Origin: Candidatus Hydrogenedentota bacterium
Lineage (GTDB): Bacteria > Hydrogenedentota > Hydrogenedentia > Hydrogenedentales > SLHB01
Direction: 5' to 3'
NCBI GenBank assembly: GCA_963668025.2
Contig: CAXXTH010000009.1
Location: 1 to 64,000, forward strand
Length of the DNA: 64,000 nt
Of the stretch, positions 48,662 through 58,814 are shown piece after piece. Below the pieces are notes generated by a model that worked only from the letters and a program-made list of their open reading frames with translations, searched no databases and had not been told where the DNA came from. The translations under genes and the position numbers were made by a program. The first letter of the stretch is position 1; every line of letters begins with the position of its first letter.

Positions 48662-50179
48662 TCATGGCGCTGGCGGAGAAAGAAGCTCGCTTGCCATCAG
48701 TTCAATGGGAACGGAGATCGAATCATCATGCTTTTGGGGAAGGCAGTCCCCGTAGCGAATAGGTTTGGCCTCTGGAGGCGCATCTGGCCTGAACACTTCA
48801 TAATGGGCTATCGTCACCGTGCGGTTTTCAGGGAGGGTGTACTTCAATATTTCATTGATCTCCTGTTCGAAAAGGGGTTCCTGTGGTTTGGCCTCGTTGG
48901 ACACATCGGTGAGGCGCAAGCGCACTTTTAGCGGCTGGGGCGGGTAACCCGTATCCTTAACAGTAAACTCGATCTCATGAATGGATTTGCCTGCGAATCC
49001 TGTTTTCATTAATTGAAAAAATCCATTTTGCGGGTATTGTATATACACTAGCCCAGCCGCGACCAGCCCCAAGAGCGCCATTAGAACAACCGCCCGCCAA
49101 AGGAAGGGATGCCCCGTGCGCCGCCGCATGTGGCGGTAAGAGGACCCAGTCGATTCATCGAGCCGGATGCTCGTGGCGGGCGTTTGTAACAAAGGCTTTG
49201 TCGCATCCAGGGGATGGGAGCCGGAGGGCGTGCGCATGGTCTCACTCGAGTGAATCGACAAAGCGGATTTGCCGAGGGTGTCGGCCTCGAGGGTGGGTTC
49301 GTCAAATGGCGTGATACCCGTCACGGCGGGATCAGGATTTTCCTTCAACGTTTCCCGCAATGCCTTCGCCATGGCAGAGCCGTCGGGATACCGGCGCCGA
49401 GGGTCTTTACTAAGCGCCCGGGACACGACAGCGGAAAGCACGGTATTGACCGCGGGATTGAGATCAGAGAGGGGCAGCGGATTGGTCTTCAAGACATTGT
49501 GCATCACGGCGGTCATGGCGGCGCCTTGGAAAGGCTTTTCGCCGCTGAGCAGCTCGTATAGCATAACGGCCACGGCGAAGAGGTCCGTGCGCCCATCCAC
49601 CGGCCGCCCGGTGAATTGTTCCGGGCTCATATAATGGGGCGTGCCCACCAGGGCTCCTTCGCGCGTCAACTGCGAGCCCGCCACGTGGGCGATCCCAAAA
49701 TCGGCGATGCAGGGGCGGCCATCCACGGACACCAGAATATTCGCCGGTTTAATGTCGCGGTGGACAATGCCGCGTTCATGGGCGTACGCGAGGGCTTCAC
49801 ACACGGGCGCGATGACTTCCACCGCCTCTTCCGGCGTGAGGCCGCCCCGCTTGTCCACCCAGCTATACAAGTCGCCGCCCTCGACGAACTCCATGGCGAT
49901 ATAGGCAAGGCCGCTCTCTTCACCCGCGTCATAAATGGTGACAATGTTCGGATGGTTTAATACGCCAGCAGCCCGGGCCTCGCGCAGGAAGCGTTCCAGC
50001 ATCACGCTAGCGTCGCCCGAATCCGCGAGCACATCGCGCCGGGCGGTTTTGATTGCTACATGGCGACCGATATTGGGATCGCGGCCTTCATAAACGATGC
50101 CCATTCCGCCACGGCCCAGTTTGCGCACGACCTCATAACGTCCAATGCGCCCGGGCAAATCTTCTTGTGCCAATGCCAT
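48662..50179 (-). CDS. Hanks-type Ser/Thr protein kinase with TM helix
   Basis: LGRGGMGIVY, VAIK, HRDIKPAN, DFG, GTPHYMSPE; TM AVVLMALLGLVAAGLVYI. Confidence 0.95.
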   Translation of the reverse strand: MALAQEDLPGRIGRYEVVRKLGRGGMGIVYEGRDPNIGRHVAIKTARRDVLADSGDASVMLERFLREARAAGVLNHPNIVTIYDAGEESGLAYIAMEFVEGGDLYSWVDKRGGLTPEEAVEVIAPVCEALAYAHERGIVHRDIKPANILVSVDGRPCIADFGIAHVAGSQLTREGALVGTPHYMSPEQFTGRPVDGRTDLFAVAVMLYELLSGEKPFQGAAMTAVMHNVLKTNPLPLSDLNPAVNTVLSAVVSRALSKDPRRRYPDGSAMAKALRETLKENPDPAVTGITPFDEPTLEADTLGKSALSIHSSETMRTPSGSHPLDATKPLLQTPATSIRLDESTGSSYRHMRRRTGHPFLWRAVVLMALLGLVAAGLVYIQYPQNGFFQLMKTGFAGKSIHEIEFTVKDTGYPPQPLKVRLRLTDVSNEAKPQEPLFEQEINEILKYTLPENRTVTIAHYEVFRPDAPPEAKPIRYGDCLPQKHDDSISVPIELMASELLSPPAP

Positions 50180-50380
50180 ACTCCTCGATCGCCCTTCCCA
50201 TACAAAACGCCATATCCTTTTGGGGAAGGGAATATAATGATAGGGTTCTTCGCGCGGACAGTCAATGTTTGAATCTAGGCAATCGCTTTTTAAATAGCAT
50301 ATTTATTGTATTAAGACAAAAGCATACAGCCAGAGGCCGCAAAAGGCGCAAGGAAGCATAAGAAGAAAGCTTTTTATACT

Positions 50381-50690
50381 ACTTGCGTGGGCGTTGCCCA
50401 CAACCCAATGAAATAGCATAACACTGTTCATTCTCGTTTATCTTTGCGTTCTTGGCGGCTTTGCGTGCGTATCAATCGAATGGAATTCCTGTTGGTAGTA
50501 CAGCGAGGCAGCCTTACTCATCTATTTCACGCGAAGCCGCAAAGAATACAAGGTTTAGCGCGCGGCATATCAACAATCAAAAAGCTGGGTTTTGCGGCCA
50601 CCTTATGCAGGGGGCGAAGATATTGCCCACCGCCCAATGGAACGCCATGAATCTAGCGATTTTCCAACCCACTAAACTATTTCAAAATAA
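50381..50690 (+). repeat. ~300-bp composite dispersed element
   Basis: Reverse-complement homolog at ~60740-61056; diverged copy at ~54380-54600; partial copies at 1-160 and 26645-26790. Confidence 0.85.
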
Positions 50691-50775
50691 TACATAATAT
50701 TCTATCCTACGAAGTAGTATCTTGTATTTGGCAGCCTTGTTTATTCCTTTTCGCCGGCCTTGAATTGAGTCATTT

Positions 50776-50908
50776 TCAACGCAGAGGCGCGGAGAATGCA
50801 AAGTATCGCAGAGATCCACTTTTCTCTATTCTCGAATGTGCGAATAAGCGGTTCGAGAGTATTTCCTCTACTTTTCGGATCTCTGCGTTCTCCGCGCCTC
50901 TGCGTTGA
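50776..50908. repeat. Inverted repeat of ~9-nt units (CGCAGAG type)
   Basis: TCAACGCAGAGGCGCGGAGAA... / ...TTCTCCGCGCCTCTGCGTTGA; spacer shares GAATGTGCGAA with 57756-57904. Confidence 0.85.
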
Positions 50909-51240
50909 TAGTAACCATCCACCGGCTGTTCTTCACCACTGGACTAAATTGTTACAAATATACTTACATATGTAGGCGAAAGACTATTTTTTTCTTGTAT
51001 AAGCTGGAGCGTACAGTACTACCAGTCATTTTTTGTTTTCACGAAGATTCTCAATGCAAATCCAGCCAGAACATATAGGCGCATATATCGGAACTTTACA
51101 TGGTGTTTTGCTTGAGTATTACTCATCACATGGGCGAGACGCCCATGCTACGGGAGTTACAACATGGAGAAAAATTTATTGGCGTTCATTCGTGGTGAGG
51201 TAAAGCATATTGGTCGCGGCTCCGCTACGCTGTGTAAATC

Positions 51241-51933
51241 TCAGTATTTCTTCTTTTTATGAGATATGAACATATATCCGCAGACGATACCAGCAAAAAT
51301 TCCTGCCATAATCCCCATGGTGAATGGCCGGGAGCGGTATATGCTGGGCGTCGTATTGGTCTCGTTGAGCTGAAAGCTGTTGATGGCGGATTCAAACGCT
51401 GGTTGGAGCGATTCAAACATGCCGGCGGAAGCCGTGCAGGTCAGCGTGTATGACGCACCCATGCCCGGCACGATGACAGTCCAGTTACTCAATGCAGGCG
51501 CGTCTTCGGCGGTCTTGAACCGGCCATGAAGCGAGATGCATTTGCGGCCTGCGGCAATAATCACTTCCGAGCGCAATTCCTCGATGATCGAACCCATGTC
51601 AGTCATTTGTTTGGCGAATAGGGCGGCTTCTTTATCGATGTTTGCCTTTGATGTATCCACCATGCCGGGCCGCACCACGATATTGATATTGGGCGCAAAT
51701 CCTTCGGCCGCGGGATCATAGATCGCCGCATCCACTTGGGTGGCGAGTGCGGCGTTTGCCTCGCCAGAATCACGGGAAATGGCGTTGAGCTGGCCGCGCT
51801 CCGCCATGCGCCAGCCGCTAGGATATTCGAGCGAATAGCCGCGCGGGCTTTCATACCGTTCCGCCGTGGCGGCGCAGGAAATGCAGGCAATCAGCGCCAC
51901 TGCCCTCAACGTGACTAAAATCTTGTCTTGCAT
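51241..51933 (-). CDS. Exported PsbP/DcrB-like protein with C-terminal TM and basic tail
   Basis: Signal peptide, YSLEYPSGW, PNINIV, YTLTCTA...FESAINSF, TM then KKKKY. Confidence 0.65.
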   Translation of the reverse strand: MQDKILVTLRAVALIACISCAATAERYESPRGYSLEYPSGWRMAERGQLNAISRDSGEANAALATQVDAAIYDPAAEGFAPNINIVVRPGMVDTSKANIDKEAALFAKQMTDMGSIIEELRSEVIIAAGRKCISLHGRFKTAEDAPALSNWTVIVPGMGASYTLTCTASAGMFESLQPAFESAINSFQLNETNTTPSIYRSRPFTMGIMAGIFAGIVCGYMFISHKKKKY

Positions 51934-51955
51934 GTGGCTTCCTTGTCAAAACACG

Positions 51956-51986
51956 GCGGGAGGCCTTTGACACAAAGGCCTCCCGC
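51956..51986 (-). terminator. GC-rich hairpin after the flotillin gene
   Basis: GCGGGAGGCCTTTG-ACA-CAAAGGCCTCCCGC perfect stem; weak U-tract. Confidence 0.55.
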
Positions 51987-51995
51987 TCATGCGTG

Positions 51996-53645
51996 TTATT
52001 CGCTGTCTTTCGCTTCCACCTCGGGCGGCTGCGGCTTTTCCGCAGGGGCTGCCGGGGGTGTTTCGGTGGAAGTGAGTTTGGCCAGGCATTCCGGTATCTC
52101 GACGCCGCCGATGTCTTTCATGACTTGCAGCATGGGCGGCAGCGAATGCGCAAGGCCCGATAAAAATCCCGCCGTGCTCGAACCGTTGCTTCCGCCATTC
52201 TCCCAGACCACTACCTTGTCAAACTTGATATTCGAGATAGCCTGGGCCGACGCCTTGGCCAGGCTGTCCAAATGCTCGAGCATCATTAGTTGGAAGGCCT
52301 GCTGGGAGCCGCCGCAGGCATTTACGATGCGTTCGAGGCCCTCGCCTTTCTTGGCCAGGATCTCGTATTCGCCCCGGGCTTCCGCCTCGAGCTTCGCGAA
52401 GATGGCCGACGCTTCGCCTTCGGCTTCGAGCCGGCGCTTTTCCTTGGCGGCCTCGGCCTCGACGATGATCTGCGCCTTTTGCGCCTTGGCGGGTGCTTCA
52501 AGCTGGGCGCGGCGTTCTTGTTCGATGCGTTCCGCCTCGGCGATGGCGGCCTTGGCCATGGCGAGGTTTTGCGCCTCGAGCACGGCGGCCTCTGCTTCCC
52601 GCTTCTTAGTTTCACCGATCTGGTACGACTCGGCTTCCCGCACCTGCAAGGTCGCGTTCGACGCGGCGATGGCCGCGCGCGACGTGTTCTCCCCCTCGGT
52701 GGCGCGGGCTTCCGCCTCGGCCACGGCCACGCGGCGGTCGCGTTCCGCTTCCTTTTCACCTTTCACGGCGAGGGCGTTGGCGCTGGCCACCTCGATGCGC
52801 ATTTGGCGTTCGCTGTCTTTGATCTGCGCTTCCCGCTGGAACGCGGCAGCCTGTTCGCCTACTTTTTGTTCTTTCTCGAGTTCCGCAATGCTGACGGCTT
52901 GTTCGCGCTGGGCGGCGCGCACACCCACTTCACGCCGCTTGTTGGCCTCGGCCACTTGGACAAATCTCTCACGTTCAGCGTCCGCTACGCGAATCTCACC
53001 CATCTTTTCCTGGTCGGCCACATCGCCCCGGGCTTGCTGGATGGCCTGCGAGGCCGCCTTGCGGCCAATGGCTTCGATGTAGCCCGAGCCGTCCGTGATG
53101 TCGGTGATGTTCACATTAATCAACACCAGGCCGATCTTGCGCAGTTCAGGCTCGAGAGAACTCTGGATGCTATGGAGGAATTTCTCGCGATCGCGGTTGA
53201 TCTCCTCGATGCTCATGGACGCGATCACCTGGCGCAATTGGCCGAAGATGATGTCCTCGGCCTGTTTGCGGACTTGGGCCGTATCCAGCGTGAGCAGGCG
53301 GATCGCCGCATTCTGCATGATCTCCGGCTCCGTGCCGATGGCCACCGTGAACACGCTGGGTACGCTCACGCGGATATTCTCGAACGACAAGGCGTCTTTG
53401 AGGGGCACTTCAATTTGAATCGGTTCGAGGCTCAGGTAGCCATAGTCTTGAATGAGCGGCCAGACAAACGCCGCGCCGCCATGGATGCATTTCGAGGTGC
53501 GGCCTGACTGCACCTTGCCGTATATAACCAGCACGTTATTGCTCGGGCAGCGCTTGTAGCGCTTCGCCAGAATCAGCAGAAACATCACGGTGAACAAGAA
53601 CAACAAAAGAATCATCGCAATGATGGGAACCATATCCATAGGCAT
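51996..53645 (-). CDS. Flotillin-like SPFH domain protein
   Basis: N-terminal TM, KRYKRCPSN, FVWPLIQDY, GQLRQVIA.M.IEEINRDRE, AEA-rich coiled coil. Confidence 0.92.
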   Translation of the reverse strand: MPMDMVPIIAMILLLFLFTVMFLLILAKRYKRCPSNNVLVIYGKVQSGRTSKCIHGGAAFVWPLIQDYGYLSLEPIQIEVPLKDALSFENIRVSVPSVFTVAIGTEPEIMQNAAIRLLTLDTAQVRKQAEDIIFGQLRQVIASMSIEEINRDREKFLHSIQSSLEPELRKIGLVLINVNITDITDGSGYIEAIGRKAASQAIQQARGDVADQEKMGEIRVADAERERFVQVAEANKRREVGVRAAQREQAVSIAELEKEQKVGEQAAAFQREAQIKDSERQMRIEVASANALAVKGEKEAERDRRVAVAEAEARATEGENTSRAAIAASNATLQVREAESYQIGETKKREAEAAVLEAQNLAMAKAAIAEAERIEQERRAQLEAPAKAQKAQIIVEAEAAKEKRRLEAEGEASAIFAKLEAEARGEYEILAKKGEGLERIVNACGGSQQAFQLMMLEHLDSLAKASAQAISNIKFDKVVVWENGGSNGSSTAGFLSGLAHSLPPMLQVMKDIGGVEIPECLAKLTSTETPPAAPAEKPQPPEVEAKDSE

Positions 53646-53649
53646 GATA

Positions 53650-54237
53650 CTACTCTCCTTCCTGGGTCGAAACGGGCGCCACCTGGACGGTGTCCGGCCC
53701 GAGTACATCCACGACCACCACCGCCGTGCCGGTTGGCAAGGCGTCTTTATCCGTCACGGCCTGGTACTCCATGGTGCGGTTCTGCACCGTCACCGTTACT
53801 TTACCCATGCCCGCTTGCTGGCCAGGAATGGCCAGATACACCGTGCCTCCCTGCCCGATGGTGTTTTCGATGTGGACGTTTCCATCGGATTGAAGGCGGT
53901 ACAGCAAGCGCATGAGCCACGCCATGAGGAACATGGCGCAAAGACCCGCTGCAAGCGCTGGAAAAATCCCCAGCACAGGGGGCCATCCGGCGGAATCGGA
54001 TGCGAGGCCCGCCCATCCGAAAAACGCCAGTGCCGCTGTCAAGGTGCGCACTGAGACGACCCCAAAGAACCAGGACGAGTCGGCGTGATCGTGATCCGCG
54101 CCGCCTCCCTCGAAGTGGACATCATGGCTGAGCTCGATATGCCCCATGCCATGGTCCGCCCCCAGGAGGAGCATGGCAATTTGGAACACGGCCACGAGCG
54201 TGCCCACTCCGGCACAAACCGCGTATATGGAAAACAT
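53650..54237 (-). CDS. NfeD/YqiJ-like membrane protein with OB-fold (flotillin partner)
   Basis: Three TM segments, His-rich loop, IGQGGTVYLAIP...G.V.V...LPTGTAVVVVDV. Confidence 0.85.
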   Translation of the reverse strand: MFSIYAVCAGVGTLVAVFQIAMLLLGADHGMGHIELSHDVHFEGGGADHDHADSSWFFGVVSVRTLTAALAFFGWAGLASDSAGWPPVLGIFPALAAGLCAMFLMAWLMRLLYRLQSDGNVHIENTIGQGGTVYLAIPGQQAGMGKVTVTVQNRTMEYQAVTDKDALPTGTAVVVVDVLGPDTVQVAPVSTQEGE

Positions 54238-54379
54238 TGCCTCCCCTTTCTGTGTTGGAGGCCGCAACCCGAATCCAGGAGCTATAATAGACAAGCGTGC
54301 AAAAGGTTTCAATTATCCGAAAACAGAAATCCAAGCCCCATTTCATTCTCATCTATTCACGGCCTGGATTCATCCACTA

Positions 54380-54600
54380 CCGTGGGTGTTGCCCACATCC
54401 CAATGGAACGACTTTGCGTGAATATAGATTGGATGGGCATCCTGTTAATAAACTATTTCACGCAAAGCCGCAAAGAATACAAAGGTTCACGGCATATCGT
54501 AACCACAATTAAAGGGCCGGATTGTAGGAGGACATCATACAGGAGCACGGGTATTACGCCATGAATCTAGCGGTTTGCACACCTGCTAAACTATTATAAA
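54380..54600 (+). repeat. Diverged copy of the composite element
   Basis: CGTGGGTGTTGCCCAC...CTATTTCACGCAAAGCCGCAAAGAATACAA...CGCCATGAATCTAGCG in the same order as 50381-50690. Confidence 0.75.
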
Positions 54601-54743
54601 AAAGTGGCTTGCGTCTGTAGGAGAACGGCTTTTCATTTCTTGTACAAGCAGGGGTTTATGATACTACATGCGCCGAAGGGGTAGGACTTGAGCCTTTTCC
54701 CGCCGGAGCTGTTCATAGCTCCTTAAAACGCACCTGTGGCTAT

Positions 54744-55991
54744 TCATACTGTTTGCCGTTTTGGCGTGGAACGCCACCAATCATAACCAATCAGCGCCGC
54801 CAAAATTAGGTAACACGATGGCACCAGATAAAAGGCCCCGCTCAGGCCGCCGAGTTGGTTGCCCAAATAACCCATGAGCCAAGTAAAGACGCCGCAACCA
54901 GGCACGCCCGCGCACGAAAGCAAAATGAACAGCATGGTCGTATCCGCCTCCGGCAGCCGGTCGGTGCAATAGCTTTGAATACTGGGCCAAAAAGGGGCCG
55001 TTGCGATGCCCGACAAAAAGAGCAACACGCATAACACATATAGATTGTCCAAAAAGGGAAATGGAAGCGTGACCAGCACGCCAGCCAGCGCCGACCACAC
55101 GATAAGCTGCTTCAGTTGATGCTGCCGGATAAGGTATCCCCAGCCGGATCGTCCGAGAAACATGCCCGCCGCAAAACAGGCGGTGCCAAAACCGCCCGCC
55201 CACGCGGAATCCACGAAGTTCAGCCGGATGAAGCTGGCGCACCAGAATGTCAGGCAAAATTCCCCGCCGCCCGCGACGAACATCGCCGCAAAAAACAGCC
55301 AGAATCCCCGGATGCGGCATATCGCCGCCATTTGATTCCAGATTGTTTTCCAATGGATCGGCTCATGATGCTCCATCGGCTTACGCGAAGATGAGCCAGG
55401 CAATAACAACATAGCTGCGGCGCCCATCGAGAATACTGCCACTAAGCCAGCCAGGATACGCCAAGATACGCCTAACGACATCAGGCCACCGGACAACAAT
55501 ACCGTGGCCAAAACGCCGACCGACCAAAAAGAATGAGCGAAGTTGATGTAGCGTCCCGGCTCTGCCGGATGGAGGTCTTGTACAAAGGGCGTGGCGATTC
55601 CCTCGATGATGCCCTCTCCTAATCCCGCCACCATTAAAGCGAGAAACAATACGCCATACGAGGGCGCGAACGCACATAGCATAATGCCTGCGCCCATCAG
55701 CGCCACGGATACTCCAAAAGTCCGGCGTTTGCCCCAGCGTCCCGAAATGAATCCGCACAACAACATAGCCGCCACCATGGGAACATTGCGGCCAAGCGGG
55801 AGCGCTCCTCCCGCTGACATGCCACCGGATTCGAGCGAGAATCCCAGTTCCCTGGCCAGCGAGACCAAGGCTACCGGTACGACCATGGAACTGCCCGCGT
55901 ATGCGATCATGCTATTAAACGAGGCGTAGTCGTAACGGCCAAATGTCATTCGTTTCGGCAATATGCTTTCAGGGGCTTGTATAGCCATCAT
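54744..55991 (-). CDS. MFS transporter
   Basis: About 12 hydrophobic segments; motif A GFISGRWGKR. Confidence 0.9.
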   Translation of the reverse strand: MMAIQAPESILPKRMTFGRYDYASFNSMIAYAGSSMVVPVALVSLARELGFSLESGGMSAGGALPLGRNVPMVAAMLLCGFISGRWGKRRTFGVSVALMGAGIMLCAFAPSYGVLFLALMVAGLGEGIIEGIATPFVQDLHPAEPGRYINFAHSFWSVGVLATVLLSGGLMSLGVSWRILAGLVAVFSMGAAAMLLLPGSSSRKPMEHHEPIHWKTIWNQMAAICRIRGFWLFFAAMFVAGGGEFCLTFWCASFIRLNFVDSAWAGGFGTACFAAGMFLGRSGWGYLIRQHQLKQLIVWSALAGVLVTLPFPFLDNLYVLCVLLFLSGIATAPFWPSIQSYCTDRLPEADTTMLFILLSCAGVPGCGVFTWLMGYLGNQLGGLSGAFYLVPSCYLILAALIGYDWWRSTPKRQTV

Positions 55992-56153
55992 GGCTCCTAT
56001 ACATCCAGGCGAGGCGCTGGCGAAAAACAGGCCTCGATCATTTTTCTCAAATAAGTATTGTTTTATCGAACAGCGATGCCGATAATCATGGGTTGCAGGC
56101 GCGGTGCATGCGCCTCAGGTAACACCTTTTTCGTATGGAGCGCAAAACAAATC

Positions 56154-57659
56154 ATGATACCTGAAAACTTGATGCTGCTCAAAGAACGGCTGGGAGCCGT
56201 TTGGGATATTCGCTCAGCGGGCGCTGTACTCGGCTGGGATCAAGAAACGTATATGCCGTCAAAAGGGGCCGCCACCCGGGGACAGCAGCTCGCGACCTTA
56301 TCGGCGCTGGCGCACCGCTTGTTTACCGAGCCCGAAATTGGGGGCTTGTTGGAACGGCTGTGGGAAGCCTCAGATTCGCTTTCACCTGCTGACGCCAAAT
56401 TGATCGAAGTGGCCCGGTACGATTACCAGCGCGCCATCAAACTCCCCGAATCGTTCGTGGAGGAATTCGCTCTCGAACAAAGCCGTTCATATGAGGCCTG
56501 GGTGAAGGCGCGCACCGAATCGGACTTCGCGCAGTTCGAGCCATCGCTGGTGAAAATGCTCGATCTGCTGCGCCGCAAGGCGGACTACTTCGGGTATGAA
56601 GATACGCCATATGATGCGCTGCTGGAAGAATATGAGCGTGGGGCCACGACGGCCGCTGTCCGTGCCGTGTTCAAGGAGCTGGCCCCCCGCCAAAGCGCAT
56701 TGGCCGCCCGTATCGCATCGTCGCCCCATCAGCCGGAGTTGTCCTGGCTGGAGCAGGATTGGCCGGAAGACAAGCAATGGGATTTCACCATGCAGGTCGT
56801 CCGTGAACTGGGATATGATCTCGATGCGGGGCGGCAAGACCGCTCGATTCATCCCTTCACGACCAGTTTCGGCTCGCAGGATGTGCGCATCACGACGCGG
56901 TTGAATTCCCGCTTGCTCTTCTCGGGCATGATGGGGTCGATCCACGAATGCGGCCACGCTTTGTATGAGCAAGGATATGATCCGGCGGACGCCCGCACGA
57001 TGCTGCTCGACGGCGCTTCCCTGGGCATACACGAATCCCAGTCGCGCATGTGGGAGAACATCATTGGGCGCAGCCTGCCATTCTGGAAACACTATGCGCC
57101 CATACTGCGCGAATATTTCCCAAAACAACTTGATGGCATCGGCCCGGAGGCCATCTACCGCGCCATCAACCACGTCCAGCCTTCCTTCATCCGGGTCGAG
57201 GCGGACGAATGCACCTATAATCTCCACATCATCATGCGCTTCGAGCTGGAAGTGGACTTGATTGAAGGCCGCATGCAGGCGCGCGAAGTCCCCGAGGCGT
57301 GGAACGCGAAGATGAAGGAATACTTAGGGATTGATGTGCCCGATGACGCCCATGGCTGTTTGCAGGATATCCATTGGGCGCATGGGTACATGGGATACTT
57401 CCCCACATATGCGCTGGGAAATCTGTATGCCTCCCAAATCGTCGAAGCGATGGGCAAGGCGATTCCTGATATGTGGGAGCAAGTCGAGGAAGGGCGTTTC
57501 GCGCACATCCTGGGCTGGCTGCGTGAGCATATCCACCGCCATGGCCGGCGCAAGCTGGCCGCGGAATTGATCCGGGATGTGGCTGGCGAACCGCTCAACG
57601 CGGAGCCATACATCCGGTATCTCGAGCGTAAATATGGCGCGTTATATGGGCTGGCCTGA
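56154..57659 (+). CDS. Carboxypeptidase Taq (M32 family)
   Basis: WDQETYMP, HPF, DVRITTR, HECGH, HESQS, IRVEADE, GCLQDIHW, GYFPTY. Confidence 0.96.
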   Translation: MIPENLMLLKERLGAVWDIRSAGAVLGWDQETYMPSKGAATRGQQLATLSALAHRLFTEPEIGGLLERLWEASDSLSPADAKLIEVARYDYQRAIKLPESFVEEFALEQSRSYEAWVKARTESDFAQFEPSLVKMLDLLRRKADYFGYEDTPYDALLEEYERGATTAAVRAVFKELAPRQSALAARIASSPHQPELSWLEQDWPEDKQWDFTMQVVRELGYDLDAGRQDRSIHPFTTSFGSQDVRITTRLNSRLLFSGMMGSIHECGHALYEQGYDPADARTMLLDGASLGIHESQSRMWENIIGRSLPFWKHYAPILREYFPKQLDGIGPEAIYRAINHVQPSFIRVEADECTYNLHIIMRFELEVDLIEGRMQAREVPEAWNAKMKEYLGIDVPDDAHGCLQDIHWAHGYMGYFPTYALGNLYASQIVEAMGKAIPDMWEQVEEGRFAHILGWLREHIHRHGRRKLAAELIRDVAGEPLNAEPYIRYLERKYGALYGLA

Positions 57660-57755
57660 TCCCTAATCGCAGGATAATCGCCATGATGTACTGGCATGCA
57701 TGCAGAAAGCAGCATTTTGTGTAGGTTCACCCGTTTGGTGAGATAGCGCCATTTC

Positions 57756-57904
57756 AACGTGGAGAACGCAGAGTTTCGCGGAGAGACTGCTCATTGTTTT
57801 CATCCAATGAAGCTCTTTCCATGAATGTGCGAAGAGGTTATCCGAAAAAGCAGTTTTTCTATTTCTTGCTCTGCGGGCCTCTGCGTCCTCCGCACCTCTG
57901 CGTT
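57756..57904. repeat. Inverted repeat of ~9-nt units (CGCAGAG type)
   Basis: AACGTGGAGAACGCAGAGTTTCGCGGAG ... CTCTGCGGGCCTCTGCGTCCTCCGCACCTCTGCGTT. Confidence 0.75.
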
Positions 57905-58016
57905 TAAAATGTTACCTATAGTTTTAAGTATAGTAATTATAAATATAACACAGTAAGCTTATCCGGCAATTCCGGCAATTTTCGCTGGCGCAACGGCTTA
58001 TGATACAGTTCTTCGT

Positions 58017-58814
58017 ATGCCATCACCCCAGGACCATAACCGCTTTCAAGCGTTCTTCGAAGAGGAGACCTATGTCGTCCTCAAGAACCGTTTGTACAAT
58101 TACCAAGTGCGCAAACGCGCCATCGAGCCGTCGCTTGCTTTGGAAGAAAGCAGCCTAGTACTCGAAGTGGGGAGCGGCTTGTCGCCCATCGTGACAAGCT
58201 CCCCTCGCGTGGTGTTTTCGGAACTGTCGCATCTGGCCTTGAAGACGTTGCGGCGGCATCATGGAAAAGGCTGGTACGTCGTGGCCGACGCCACCCGGCT
58301 GCCGTTCAAAACAGGCGCATTCACCCATTGCGTGTGTTCAGAAGTGCTCGAACACATTCCAGATGACCAATCGGCTATCCGCGAATTGGCGCGCGTCGCG
58401 GCTCCCGGGGGGGATATCACCATCACGGTCCCGTATCGCCAATGGTATTTTGCGCTGGACGACCGCTTTGTGCATCATCACCGGCGCTACGAACCGGGCG
58501 AACTGGAAAAGGCCCTCGAAGCGGCGGGTGCGCACCCCGAAAGCGTGCGCAAAATACTCGGGCCCATGGAAAAAGCGCTGATGCTGTCGGTGATCGCCCT
58601 ATGCGCAGGACTGTTTAACTTCGAGGAAGGCCGGAAACCTCCTTCCTGGGTATATCCATTGTTGCGCGGGTGCGCGCCGCTGTTCGGATTGGCCAACCGC
58701 CTATTGGCGGCGCTGGCCCGGCTGGATGCGTGCATCATGCCGATGGCCTGGGCCACTTGCGTGATGATCAAGGCGCGCAAACTAGGGCCGGATGGCCCAC
58801 GTTTGCCAGGATGA
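58017..58814 (+). CDS. Class I SAM-dependent methyltransferase
   Basis: VLEVGSG, ADATRLPF, CSEVLEHIPDD, ARVAAPGG, HHRRY. Confidence 0.9.
   Translation: MPSPQDHNRFQAFFEEETYVVLKNRLYNYQVRKRAIEPSLALEESSLVLEVGSGLSPIVTSSPRVVFSELSHLALKTLRRHHGKGWYVVADATRLPFKTGAFTHCVCSEVLEHIPDDQSAIRELARVAAPGGDITITVPYRQWYFALDDRFVHHHRRYEPGELEKALEAAGAHPESVRKILGPMEKALMLSVIALCAGLFNFEEGRKPPSWVYPLLRGCAPLFGLANRLLAALARLDACIMPMAWATCVMIKARKLGPDGPRLPG

Noticed and set aside
51928-53507. 384-aa and 405-aa plus-strand ORFs
   Set aside because: Antisense shadows of the repetitive flotillin gene
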